The translations under genes were made by a program, and so were the position numbers. Positions 10,421-19,138 of a stretch of 64,000 nucleotides of DNA are shown here, piece after piece. The first letter of the stretch is position 1; every line of letters starts with the position of its first letter. Below the pieces are notes generated by a model that did not search any database, had not been told where the DNA came from, and saw only the letters and a program-made list of their open reading frames with translations. Location: contig OZ244922.1 in the NCBI GenBank assembly GCA_965221905.1, forward strand, positions 800,001-864,000, in the 5' to 3' direction. This stretch comes from Chloroflexota bacterium (lineage in GTDB: Bacteria > Chloroflexota > UBA11872 > VXOZ01).

Positions 10421-10995
10421 CCGGCATTTCCCATATTGGGAGTCTTCAGGCTCAAAAGGCAATCCAAACGAGATGGTATCATAATAGTCAGGTTCTGCAG
10501 GCCAGTCAATCTCCGGTCAATCCAATAACGGATGCGATTCTTGCCGTGAACCATGTTTCTTGTCCATCTTTGCCGTCTTTGGGCCCCCGCCAGTGGGGTG
10601 AAACCGCATTGAAGACAAGCCGACTCCCTGGAGCGCTCTCCCTCTTGGCAAGATCGTGGCTGTACCCTCCCTCAGCTTGGCGCCAGCGATAACCGGCCGA
10701 TACGATCCAACACTCCCTGGAACAACCTTCGAGGAACCGACACCTCGGACAACTGAAAGATCAATAGCCGGGAGTGCCGTACCAGACGGCCTCCCATCTT
10801 GATCAGCTTGACCTGCACGCTCCGCAGCGACCAGTGCCTGACCGCCTTGGGCAGGCATAACCGGCGAAGGAAGTACCCAAGGTTGTACGCCAGGACAAAC
10901 AGAGACAGACGCACCCGGTTGGCCACGAACCGATGGCACGACAGCCGAGTCCAGTTCAGGGCGTACTTCCCTTCCTTGATCCAATGCTCGGCTGC
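10421..10995 (-). mobile_element. IS1380-family relic (transposase C-terminus plus right end)
   Basis: Translates AEHWIKEGKYALNWTRLSCHRFVANRVRLSLFVLAYNLGYFLRRL...KLIKMGGRLVRHSR, typical of the IS1380 C-terminus. Downstream end ...ATATGGGAAATGCCGG resembles IS1380 termini. The 5' part is missing. Confidence 0.85.
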
Positions 10996-11297
10996 CCTTG
11001 ACGCCTATTGTGTTCAGGAACAGAGAAATCTACAATAACACTGTCAAGATAGACATATACACCGACGGCGTTGCCGTGACTGGCGTCGAGTGCGAATTCG
11101 CAATGACCCTGACGGCGAGGGTGAGTGCGTTGAGTCTCATATCCTGACCGGCCGGGGGCTCGTGTGCACTAAGCCTGGATGGCCTGAGCGAATTGCTATG
11201 TCAAATCTTCTCTACGAGATTTCTCAGTAGAGTACTATTAGGCACAACCACAAGTGGCAACTCCGAATCGCATCATCTGCTTGAAAGGAAGCGTTCC

Positions 11298-12164
11298 ATG
11301 CTTGATCTTGCCATCATCGGGCTCAGCCCGCAGCATCCCCGTTCTTTTTCCCAGCTAATCAACAAAGAGAATCCAAATGGGCAGGGCCTGAACGGCGTGG
11401 CCCGCATCTCCATGGTCTGGGACCGCGACCGCGCGGCAGCTGAGGAATTTGCCGCCGACGCTGGACTGGAAACGGTGCTGGACGATCCTACTGCGGCGAT
11501 CGGCAAAGCCGACGGCGTGCTGGTGCTCGAGGATCCCGGCGATACGCATCTGGAGTTGGCGCGGCCCTATTTGGAGGCCGGCGTACCGACGTTTGTGGAT
11601 AAGCCCTTCGCGCTGAGCGTAGAGCATGCGCAGGAGATGATAGCGCTTGCCCAGACCCACAATACACCGCTGATGTCGTCGTCGGCCCTCCGCTTCGCCC
11701 GCGAAGTGCTGGAATTCAAGGCGCAAGAGAAGGAGCTTGTCGGCGACCTCCGAGTAGCCGTGGCAACCGGCCCGAACGAACTGGTCTACTACGGCATCCA
11801 TGCGGCAGAGCTCTTCTACACGGTGATGGGTCCCGGTATCGCGTGGGTGCGCAATGAATACACCGACGAGTACGACATCGTCCACATGCGCTATACAGAT
11901 GGCCGCGCCGTCACCATGCAGATAATTCGCAGTGCGCGCTATGGGTTCTTGCTGAACGTATACGGCACGGAGGGCAAAGCCGAGATTGCCGTGCGGGACT
12001 CTAATTTTTTCTACGCCGAGCAGATGCGCGCCGTTGTGCGCATGATCCAGACCCGCGAGAACCCAATCCCACACGCGGAGATGCTCGAAATCATCGGCAT
12101 GCTCGTTGCGGCCAGACAATCAGGGGAAACCGGCGAGCGTGTGAAACTCTCAACCCTGATATAA
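11298..12164 (+). CDS. Gfo/Idh/MocA family oxidoreductase
   Basis: 'LAIIGL', 'PTFVDKPFA', 'SSSALRF', 'YYGIHA'. GAAAGGAA RBS. Confidence 0.85.
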   Translation: MLDLAIIGLSPQHPRSFSQLINKENPNGQGLNGVARISMVWDRDRAAAEEFAADAGLETVLDDPTAAIGKADGVLVLEDPGDTHLELARPYLEAGVPTFVDKPFALSVEHAQEMIALAQTHNTPLMSSSALRFAREVLEFKAQEKELVGDLRVAVATGPNELVYYGIHAAELFYTVMGPGIAWVRNEYTDEYDIVHMRYTDGRAVTMQIIRSARYGFLLNVYGTEGKAEIAVRDSNFFYAEQMRAVVRMIQTRENPIPHAEMLEIIGMLVAARQSGETGERVKLSTLI

Positions 12165-12175
12165 GACCGTAACTT

Positions 12176-12234
12176 CCGTTCGCGCTGAGCCTGTCGAAGC
12201 GCCGTTCATGGTTCGACAGGCTCACCACGAACGG
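12176..12234. repeat. REP-like paired element type C (CCGTTCGCGCTGAGCCTGTCGAAG ... TTCGACAGGCTCACCACGAACGG)
   Basis: Inverted pair. The family recurs at about 13605-14030, 22967-23585 and 58707-58750. Confidence 0.85.
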
Positions 12235-12304
12235 CTATTCCCAGCTTTTACGAACCCCTAATCGGAGCAAGAAGGCTTAGCACCAAAGAGGAGAACGGAA
12301 ACCG

Positions 12305-13483
12305 ATGCGCATCGTTGATGTTGACGTCATTCCCATTGCCATTAGCGATCCTCCGTTACGCAACTCTTGGGGCGTCCACGAGCCCGTTGCACTCCGCTCA
12401 ATCGTGCGCCTTACCACGGACGACGGTTGTGTGGGCTGGGGCGAGACCTATGGCGGTGAGGATATTCTGCGGAAGCTGCAGGGCGCTGCTTCCCTTGTGA
12501 AAGGCCTGGATCCCGCGCTCTTCAATCGGTTGCGTATCCTCATCAACAACCCTCCGGTCTTTGCCGCGTACGAGACGGCCATGCTCGATCTGCTGGGAAA
12601 AGCCGGCGGCAGACCTGTCTGTGATGTCCTCGGCGGCAAGGTGCGCGATACCGTGCCTTACTCGGCGTATCTCTTCTATAAGTACGCGGGCGACGACGAG
12701 TGGGGCGAGGCCATGAGTCCGGAGCAACTCGTGGCCCAAGCGGAGACGTTTGTGGAGCGTTACGGTTTTGAGACCCTCAAACTCAAAGGGGGCGTGCTGC
12801 CGCCGGAAGCGGAAGCCGAGACGATGCGTCAACTCCGCGAGCGCTTCCCCCAGCACCAACTGCGCATCGATCCGAACGCCATTTGGTCGGTGGAGACGAG
12901 CATTCGCTTTGCGGGCTGGGTTGAAGATTTGGACATGGAATACTACGAGGACCCGGCGCCGGACCTGGCTGGCATGGCAGCCGTGGCGCAGGCAACGCCG
13001 ATCCCGCTGGCAACAAATATGGTCGTAACTGCCTTCACCCATATCGCTCCCTCTGTCCAGATGGATGCGGTGCAGGTGGTGCTGGCCGACCACCACCACT
13101 GGGGCGGCATGCAGGATTCGCTTACGCTGGCCAAGATTTGCGAGACCTTTCGCCTCGGTATCTCCCAACACAGCAACAGCCACACGGGAATCTCGCTGGC
13201 GGCGATGACACACTGGGCCGCGGCAGCGCCCAATCTGATTTACGCTTCGGATACGCACTATCCGTGGAATGAAGAGGACGACATTGTGCAGGGCGCGCCG
13301 CTGCAGTTCGTGGATGGCGCCTTTCCAGTGCCGACGGGACCGGGCTTGGGCGTGGAGGTTGACGAGGAGCGGTTGCAGGCGGCGCACGAGCGCTACCAAC
13401 AGAACAAAGCCGGGGGCCGAGACGATGTCTCCGCCATGCAGGAGCGAGATCCGAGCTGGCTGCCAATGCGACCGCGGTGGTAA
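12305..13483 (+). CDS. Glucarate dehydratase-related enzyme (mandelate racemase/enolase superfamily)
   Basis: 'YSAYLFYK', KLKGG, 'LRIDPN..W', 'EYYEDP', 'LATNM', 'HSNSHTGIS', 'PTGPGLGVE'. Confidence 0.88.
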   Translation: MRIVDVDVIPIAISDPPLRNSWGVHEPVALRSIVRLTTDDGCVGWGETYGGEDILRKLQGAASLVKGLDPALFNRLRILINNPPVFAAYETAMLDLLGKAGGRPVCDVLGGKVRDTVPYSAYLFYKYAGDDEWGEAMSPEQLVAQAETFVERYGFETLKLKGGVLPPEAEAETMRQLRERFPQHQLRIDPNAIWSVETSIRFAGWVEDLDMEYYEDPAPDLAGMAAVAQATPIPLATNMVVTAFTHIAPSVQMDAVQVVLADHHHWGGMQDSLTLAKICETFRLGISQHSNSHTGISLAAMTHWAAAAPNLIYASDTHYPWNEEDDIVQGAPLQFVDGAFPVPTGPGLGVEVDEERLQAAHERYQQNKAGGRDDVSAMQERDPSWLPMRPRW

Positions 13484-13495
13484 GGAAACAGTCTC

Positions 13496-14030
13496 TTATG
13501 AGAGACGTTTGATGGCCGTATGCTCGTGTCCGGCTTCCCAATACTTCACGATGGGAAACCGCCTCGAACGTATCTCATAAATACATCGCTCGGTGTAGAC
13601 CTGCCCTTCGACCCTTCGACAAGCTCAGGACAGGCAGGCTCAGAGCTTGCCCCGTACTCGATACAGCGTATCGACACGATACGGGGGCGAACGGAAAAGG
13701 CGAGAATCCGTTCGTGCTGAGTGCTGTGCGAAGCCCATGTCGAAGCACAAATCGGCTATCGAACCGATTTGTGAGATAGTTCTAGGCACACCTTGATCTG
13801 TTTGCCGCATGTACCAGACGCGTTCTCCCAATTGCCAAGGCTTTTCACGCTGAGCGCCAAAGCCGTCTGGCGTGAGCGCCAAAGCCGTTCGCCCTGAGCA
13901 CACAAGTCGTTCGCCCTGAGCACACAAGCCGTTCGCCCTGAGCCTGTCGAAGGGCAACGGCGTAGGATACGAGATCGCATAGACTGTCCGTAATCCGTTC
14001 ATGCTTCGACAGGCTCAACACGAACGGGCA
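13496..14030. repeat. Mosaic of type C REPs, short inverted repeats and a 22-bp tandem array (13841-13950)
   Basis: IR TTATGAGAGACGTTTG (13496-13511) / CGAACGTATCTCATAA (13565-13580). Five progressively diverged 22-mers related to CCGTTCGCCCTGAGCACACAAG. Confidence 0.75.
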
Positions 14031-14286
14031 AAGGATTTCAGCACGAAGAGCTAGGCACCAAAACGACAAAGCAGGAGAGCTTTGGAATTGCTGGGAGCGG
14101 CAAGAGTGCAGGTACACGGGCCGGGGTGGGGACGCCGCCGCGCGTTGACATGAGTGTATCCTTCCCCCATGCTAAAGCATGTGCTACGCGTTAGATGAGC
14201 ACTGACTGGCCCCGCAGATTTGACGCCAAATCGAAATAGAAAGTACTGACCGTTCGGTTCACCGACTAAATAGGAGCACATTACAC

Positions 14287-15312
14287 ATGGCTAACGGCAA
14301 GTTACGTGTCTGCATTGTCGGCACCGGTGCGCGGGGCAATGCCCACGCCAAGGCTTGGGCGGCGTCCGGAGAGGCGGAAGTGGTGGCAGTCGTCGACGTG
14401 CTCGAAGACCGTGCCCGGGAGCTTGCGGCGGCGTACGATGCCCCTCACGTGTTTACCGACTATCATGAAGCAGTGCAGCGCGATGATATCGACGTGGTCT
14501 CTATCTGCACACCGGCGTTCTATCACGAAGAGGTGACGGTCTTTGCCGCCGAGCACGGCAAGCACATGTTGAGCGAGAAGCCGATTGCCATGCGGCTGGA
14601 TCAGGCAGATCGCATGATTGCCGCGCTGGAGGCATCCGGCGTCGTCTTTGTGATCAACTTTCAAAGCCGCTTCGGGGACGCGCCCGCGGCGGTGCGCCAG
14701 TGTGTACGCGACCGGGCCCTCGGCAGCCCGCTCATGTTTCGCATGCATTCGGCCACCCACATTCGGCCCAAGCTTGCCATGCACGACATGGATCGCGGCA
14801 ACGGCGGCCCGCTCAACGACTTCATGACCCACTTCTTCGACTACTGGCGCTGGCTTACGGACACAGACCCGGTGCGGGTGAGCGCCCACGGGTTTACGTT
14901 TGCCAAAGACCGGCCGGAGATTGCCCACTTCCAACACAAAGCGCCGGATACGGCCACGGTTGCATTGGAATTCGGCAGTGGCGACCTGGCCGCATTCAGC
15001 ATCTCGTGGGGCTTGCCGCCGGGCGTGCAGCCGCAAGGACGCATCGATGATATTCTCGGGCCGCAGGGAGCGTTAGCACCGAGCCGCCCCCGAGACGGCT
15101 TCAAGATTCTCCGCGAGGGCGGCGCCGTCACGGAGTTCGGGCCGTATAGCGGTGACAGTCAACTGCTCTTGACGCAGCACGCGATACGGGCGATTCGGGG
15201 CGAGGAGCCGGTGCAGGCGAGCGCGGAAGACGCGCGCATTGCCCTGACCGTCACCTGGGCGACATATGAGTCGTTGGAGCAGAACGGCGATCCGGTAGAT
15301 ATTGTCCTCTAG
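14287..15312 (+). CDS. Gfo/Idh/MocA family oxidoreductase
   Basis: 'IVGTGARG', 'DVVSICTP', 'HMLSEKP', 'NGGPLNDFMTHFFD'. AGGAG RBS. Confidence 0.9.
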   Translation: MANGKLRVCIVGTGARGNAHAKAWAASGEAEVVAVVDVLEDRARELAAAYDAPHVFTDYHEAVQRDDIDVVSICTPAFYHEEVTVFAAEHGKHMLSEKPIAMRLDQADRMIAALEASGVVFVINFQSRFGDAPAAVRQCVRDRALGSPLMFRMHSATHIRPKLAMHDMDRGNGGPLNDFMTHFFDYWRWLTDTDPVRVSAHGFTFAKDRPEIAHFQHKAPDTATVALEFGSGDLAAFSISWGLPPGVQPQGRIDDILGPQGALAPSRPRDGFKILREGGAVTEFGPYSGDSQLLLTQHAIRAIRGEEPVQASAEDARIALTVTWATYESLEQNGDPVDIVL

Positions 15313-15386
15313 GATGGGACTGCCTCAATAGGCAGACCGCTGCCCAGTCCGCAGCCGCAGTCTCTGTTTACGCGTTAAGCACAGAG

Positions 15387-15411
15387 GCGGGGGACAAGCC
15401 CCCGCGCTACA
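15387..15411. repeat. REP-like type D (GCGGGGGACAAGCCCCCGCGCTACA)
   Basis: Hairpin that begins GTAG on the reverse strand. Copies at 9421-9445, 27404-27427 and 58784-58808. Confidence 0.75.
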
Positions 15412-15509
15412 AGGACCGTCGTGTAGAATTGGCCCTGGTGCACAGTTTCGGCTTCACATCACCCAACCATAACGTATGCGAACATCCAACTCACGAATGA
15501 CACTGGCGC

Positions 15510-16739
15510 ATGGCCTCAACTGACAACGCCGCTCAACGCTCCCCGCTCTCGGAGCACCGGTACCTCAAGCCGCTTGTTCTCTTTCTGACGATCTTCTTCC
15601 TCAACGCCACACTGGGTGCGCCGGGCCGAACGCTCTTTCCTGTCTACGTTGAGAAAGTGCTCGGCGGATCGCCAATTCTTACGTCCACGCTCTTCTCGGT
15701 CCAGAACGTCGTGCGCATTGTCGTGCTCTTTGCCAGCGGTTTGCTGGCGGACCGTGTGGGGGCGAAGTACATCCTGTTGTTGGGCATGACGGCGGTGAGC
15801 ATCGGCGGGCTCATGTTCATGGTGTCCGACACGCGGCTGCTCGTGTTGTTGGCGCTCTTGTATGGCGCTCTCTTTACGCTGCGCACCACCTCTTCCCGCG
15901 CCTATCTCGCTCTGGTTGCGCCGTTGGGAAGTATGGGCTTGATGGGGGCGCTCTACTTTACCGGGCCGACTATTGGCAGCGCGCTGGGCAACTTGGCAGC
16001 AGGCCCAATTGCCGATCAGCTTAGCTTTCGCACCTTGGGCATCGTGATGCTGGTGGGGAATCTCGTGCTTGTGTTCTTCGGCGTGATTTTCCTGCCGCCA
16101 ATTCGGTTGGAACAGGTACAGTCGATGTCCGCGTGGGAGATGCTTCGTTCCTACCAGGTCTTGTGGCGGCGCCCGCTCATCCTGCGTCTCATTGGGATTC
16201 GCTTTCTTCCCACCTGGTGGCTCGGCACGAGTTCGGTGATGCTCCCTCTGCTCATCTTCCGTCTGACAGACTCGGTGACGGCGGTTGCCTTGTATGCCAC
16301 CGTCGGCGCGTTGGTAACAGGGTCCACCGGCCTCGTGGTCGGTTGGCTTTCCGATCGCATTGGCAGGGCCATACCGGTGATAGCCAGCAGTCTCACGCTC
16401 GCCCTCGGCCCGTTTGGCTGCGCGCTGTTCGTGGATAACGCCATGTTGCTTGCCGTGTCGGCGATTTTCACGAGCCTGGGGGGTCAGTGGCTTGCCTCGC
16501 TGATGCCGTCGCTCGTGCGCGTGTCGGGAGATGGAAACGAGCAAGGGCGTCTTACCGCCGTAACTGAGGCGGCGTGGACGTTCGGGAACCTGGGCGGCAC
16601 CATGGCCGCGGGCATTCTCATCGGCCTGGCTGCGCCGTTGCCCTTTGTGCTTGCCGGCATGTTGAATTTTGGCACGGTGTTGCTTGCCTTGCAGGCGGCG
16701 CGCATCCTGCGGGGCACAGACATTCTGAGCTCACAGTAG
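15510..16739 (+). CDS. MFS transporter
   Basis: About 12 TM segments. Motif A occurs twice: 'GLLADRVGAK' and 'GWLSDRIGR'. Confidence 0.9.
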   Translation: MASTDNAAQRSPLSEHRYLKPLVLFLTIFFLNATLGAPGRTLFPVYVEKVLGGSPILTSTLFSVQNVVRIVVLFASGLLADRVGAKYILLLGMTAVSIGGLMFMVSDTRLLVLLALLYGALFTLRTTSSRAYLALVAPLGSMGLMGALYFTGPTIGSALGNLAAGPIADQLSFRTLGIVMLVGNLVLVFFGVIFLPPIRLEQVQSMSAWEMLRSYQVLWRRPLILRLIGIRFLPTWWLGTSSVMLPLLIFRLTDSVTAVALYATVGALVTGSTGLVVGWLSDRIGRAIPVIASSLTLALGPFGCALFVDNAMLLAVSAIFTSLGGQWLASLMPSLVRVSGDGNEQGRLTAVTEAAWTFGNLGGTMAAGILIGLAAPLPFVLAGMLNFGTVLLALQAARILRGTDILSSQ

Positions 16740-16838
16740 CGCTGCATTAGACGACGCTCAAGTATTCCCGAGCGGCGTGTGCCGCATTGCTCCACCCAGA
16801 ATTGTGAGCGGCAGAGCGGGCTTTTCCCTCTTAAGTGG

Positions 16839-16868
16839 TTGACAAATCGGCGCATTATCATGATTATG
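16839..16868 (+). promoter_or_regulatory. Sigma70-like promoter
   Basis: Consensus TTGACA at 16839 followed by AT-rich -10-like CATGAT/GATTAT, upstream of the 17037 gene. Confidence 0.45.
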
Positions 16869-17036
16869 GATTCAAGAGATGCTTTTTAAATAGTCCTACT
16901 GCCGGTTGGCGGTAGCAGGCGGGAGGTAGAGTACACGGTGGCAAATTAGTGAGCAGGCACTCCTGCTCTATGCGCGTAGTGCCTGCAGCTATAGCGGCGT
17001 GTGCGGCAATCCTCACGTCGGAAGGAGGTAGCGGTC

Positions 17037-17813
17037 ATGGTAAGCGCGCAAACGACATTGCGGCAGGGCTGGCTGGCGCGGGCGGTGCTCTCCGGCTTTG
17101 TTGCCACCGTACTCATGATTCTCGCCGCCGTGGTCGCGTACGGCATTGCCTTTGCGCTGGCAAATATCGAGCCCTCAGAACAGGCAGGCGCCCAGACGTA
17201 CTCCGCCTGGTTCAAAGGCTTGACGGATAACATCATTGTCGAGTACACCACGGACGTATTCTATGCCGCAATCGCGATCCATCTGGTCATCGGCTTGGGC
17301 CTTGCCCTCATTTACGCGTACTTTGTCGAGCCGCGCATGCCCGGCACGGACCTTGGACGCGGTCTCGCCTTTGCCTTCTTCCCGTGGGTGCTATCTCTCA
17401 TAGTATTCCTGCCGCTCGTAGGCGCGGGCTTCCTCGGATTCGGCCTGGGCGCGGGATTCCTGCCAATTCTCGGCAATCTGGTGCTACACATTGTGTACGG
17501 CGCCGCGCTGGGCTTGGTCTACGGCTCTTTCGGCGACACCGTCGACGCGGAGAATCCCGACTCTGCTCAGGCTACGGCCACCGACACCGCAGCCATGGGG
17601 TCGTCGGAGCGCATGGCTGCCCGTGGCATTGTGGCCGGCATCGTGGGAGGCGCCGCCATCGGCCTCATTGCGGCGGCAATTGCGGGCATCAGCGGCTCAG
17701 CGGAGATGATGAATCTGCCTTTGGCGGCCTTTGTGCTCGTCTCCGCGGTGCTGGGCGGCACCGTAGGGGCATTGATCGGTTCGCTGGTGGGTTTGGAGCA
17801 GTCTACGGCCTGA
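17037..17813 (+). CDS. Multi-pass membrane protein of unknown function with two conserved-looking intramembrane His
   Basis: GGAGG RBS, about 6-7 TM, 'AIHLVIG' and 'GNLVLHIVYG'. Confidence 0.8.
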   Translation: MVSAQTTLRQGWLARAVLSGFVATVLMILAAVVAYGIAFALANIEPSEQAGAQTYSAWFKGLTDNIIVEYTTDVFYAAIAIHLVIGLGLALIYAYFVEPRMPGTDLGRGLAFAFFPWVLSLIVFLPLVGAGFLGFGLGAGFLPILGNLVLHIVYGAALGLVYGSFGDTVDAENPDSAQATATDTAAMGSSERMAARGIVAGIVGGAAIGLIAAAIAGISGSAEMMNLPLAAFVLVSAVLGGTVGALIGSLVGLEQSTA

Positions 17814-19138
17814 GTAAGAGGAGAGACCTTTTTGTTCGGCCATTCCTCCAGCGTAACTTTCAAGAGTTTGTTGTACTTGCGCTCGCTGATAACGCGAATT
17901 TCCACGGTTTCACTGGGCTTCTTGTAGGCGTCGATGTATTTGCTCAGGTCGTTCAGCTCTCTGACCGGTACGTCGTCGATGCTGACGATAATGTCGCCGT
18001 TAGCGCCGGTTTCAAAGATGTCGTTGTTGAGCTTTGAGCCGGGCAGAATGCCATAAACGATTACGCCGTAATCAACGGGAAGATTACATTGATTGGCGAG
18101 CTGCGGCGTGATGCTGGCGCCGTGGATTGGGAGCCAGGCGTGCTTCGGCGTCTTGCCTGCCAGTAAGTCGGGTAGGATGCGTTTGATTAGGTCAATGGGC
18201 AACGCCAACGCGATGCCGGCAAAGTTTTGCGTGGCGATTGCCGTATTGATGCCAATGACTTCACCGTTCTTCAAGTCAATGAGCGGCCCACCGGAACTCC
18301 CGCGGTTTATGGCCGCATCGCTCTGAATCATGCCCGTAATGGTCCGCCCGGAGAAGGCGTAGGGACGCCCCAAGCCGGACACGTGACCCGGGCTCATGGT
18401 GTTGCGGTAGACATAGAAATGACTGCCAATGGCGATGACTTGGTCGCCCACTCTGACGGCAGCGGAGGAGCCAAGTGGGGCGACGACGAGCTTGTCCGGT
18501 GGGATGTTGGCTTGCAGCAATGCAATGTCGGATCCCGGGTCGGTGGCTATGACTCTTGCCCCGAGCGGCGTACCGTCATCAAGCGTAAGGCGCAGCTCTC
18601 TGCCGTCCTTTATGACGTGATAGTTCGTCAAGATGTGGCCCGCCTCGTCGATCACAAAGCCGGAGCCGGCCTCTCCATAGGGCTGGCCGATCCCGACAGA
18701 GTCGGAGTCCGTTGATATGCGCACGACGCTTCCCTTTAGCCGCTCGAACACGTCCCCTATCGTATTCTGCGTTTCTTCCGCTACTACGGCCGGCGGCGTC
18801 GGCGTGGGCGGCGGTGTGGCGATGGCGGTAGGAACCGCCGTGGGCATGACGGTGGGCATGACGGTAGGTAACGTTGTCGGCACAGCCGTGGGGGCGACGG
18901 TGGCGAGCGGGACGATGGGTCGCTGATCGCCCGTCGCACCGGCGCGCGTGATTGGAGAGGCGCCAATTCCGGTCTCGGCAGCGCTCGGACTATCCAAGAG
19001 GCGCATGACGCCTATCACCGTGAGGGTGGTCCCAGCCGCCACGACGAGCAGTATCGCGGCAATTGCGCCGGGAACCATGAGCCGACTCCGCCACGTGCGC
19101 TTGCGGCCCTGAAAGGGGTCGTACGGCTTACTGCCCAC
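17567..19138 (-). CDS. HtrA/DegP-like trypsin serine protease with N-terminal TM, Pro/Thr linker and one PDZ domain
   Basis: Catalytic triad 'TNYHV', 'SDIAL', 'DAAINRGSSGGPL'; PDZ 'GDIIVSIDD'. The last ~80 codons are antisense to the neighbouring gene. Confidence 0.9.
   Translation of the reverse strand: MGSKPYDPFQGRKRTWRSRLMVPGAIAAILLVVAAGTTLTVIGVMRLLDSPSAAETGIGASPITRAGATGDQRPIVPLATVAPTAVPTTLPTVMPTVMPTAVPTAIATPPPTPTPPAVVAEETQNTIGDVFERLKGSVVRISTDSDSVGIGQPYGEAGSGFVIDEAGHILTNYHVIKDGRELRLTLDDGTPLGARVIATDPGSDIALLQANIPPDKLVVAPLGSSAAVRVGDQVIAIGSHFYVYRNTMSPGHVSGLGRPYAFSGRTITGMIQSDAAINRGSSGGPLIDLKNGEVIGINTAIATQNFAGIALALPIDLIKRILPDLLAGKTPKHAWLPIHGASITPQLANQCNLPVDYGVIVYGILPGSKLNNDIFETGANGDIIVSIDDVPVRELNDLSKYIDAYKKPSETVEIRVISERKYNKLLKVTLEEWPNKKVSPLTQAVDCSKPTSEPINAPTVPPSTAETSTKAAKGRFIISAEPLMPAIAAAMRPMAAPPTMPATMPRAAMRSDDPMAAVSVAVA

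Noticed and set aside
13640-14117. Short ORFs with PFDRLRANG / PFVLSLSKHER peptides (also 22893-23544, 26950-27159)
   Set aside because: Translations of intergenic REP repeats with no independent evidence of coding.
18780-18905. Short 12-bp periodic repeats (PTVM/PTAV)
   Set aside because: Ordinary Pro/Thr-rich linker of the HtrA protease.
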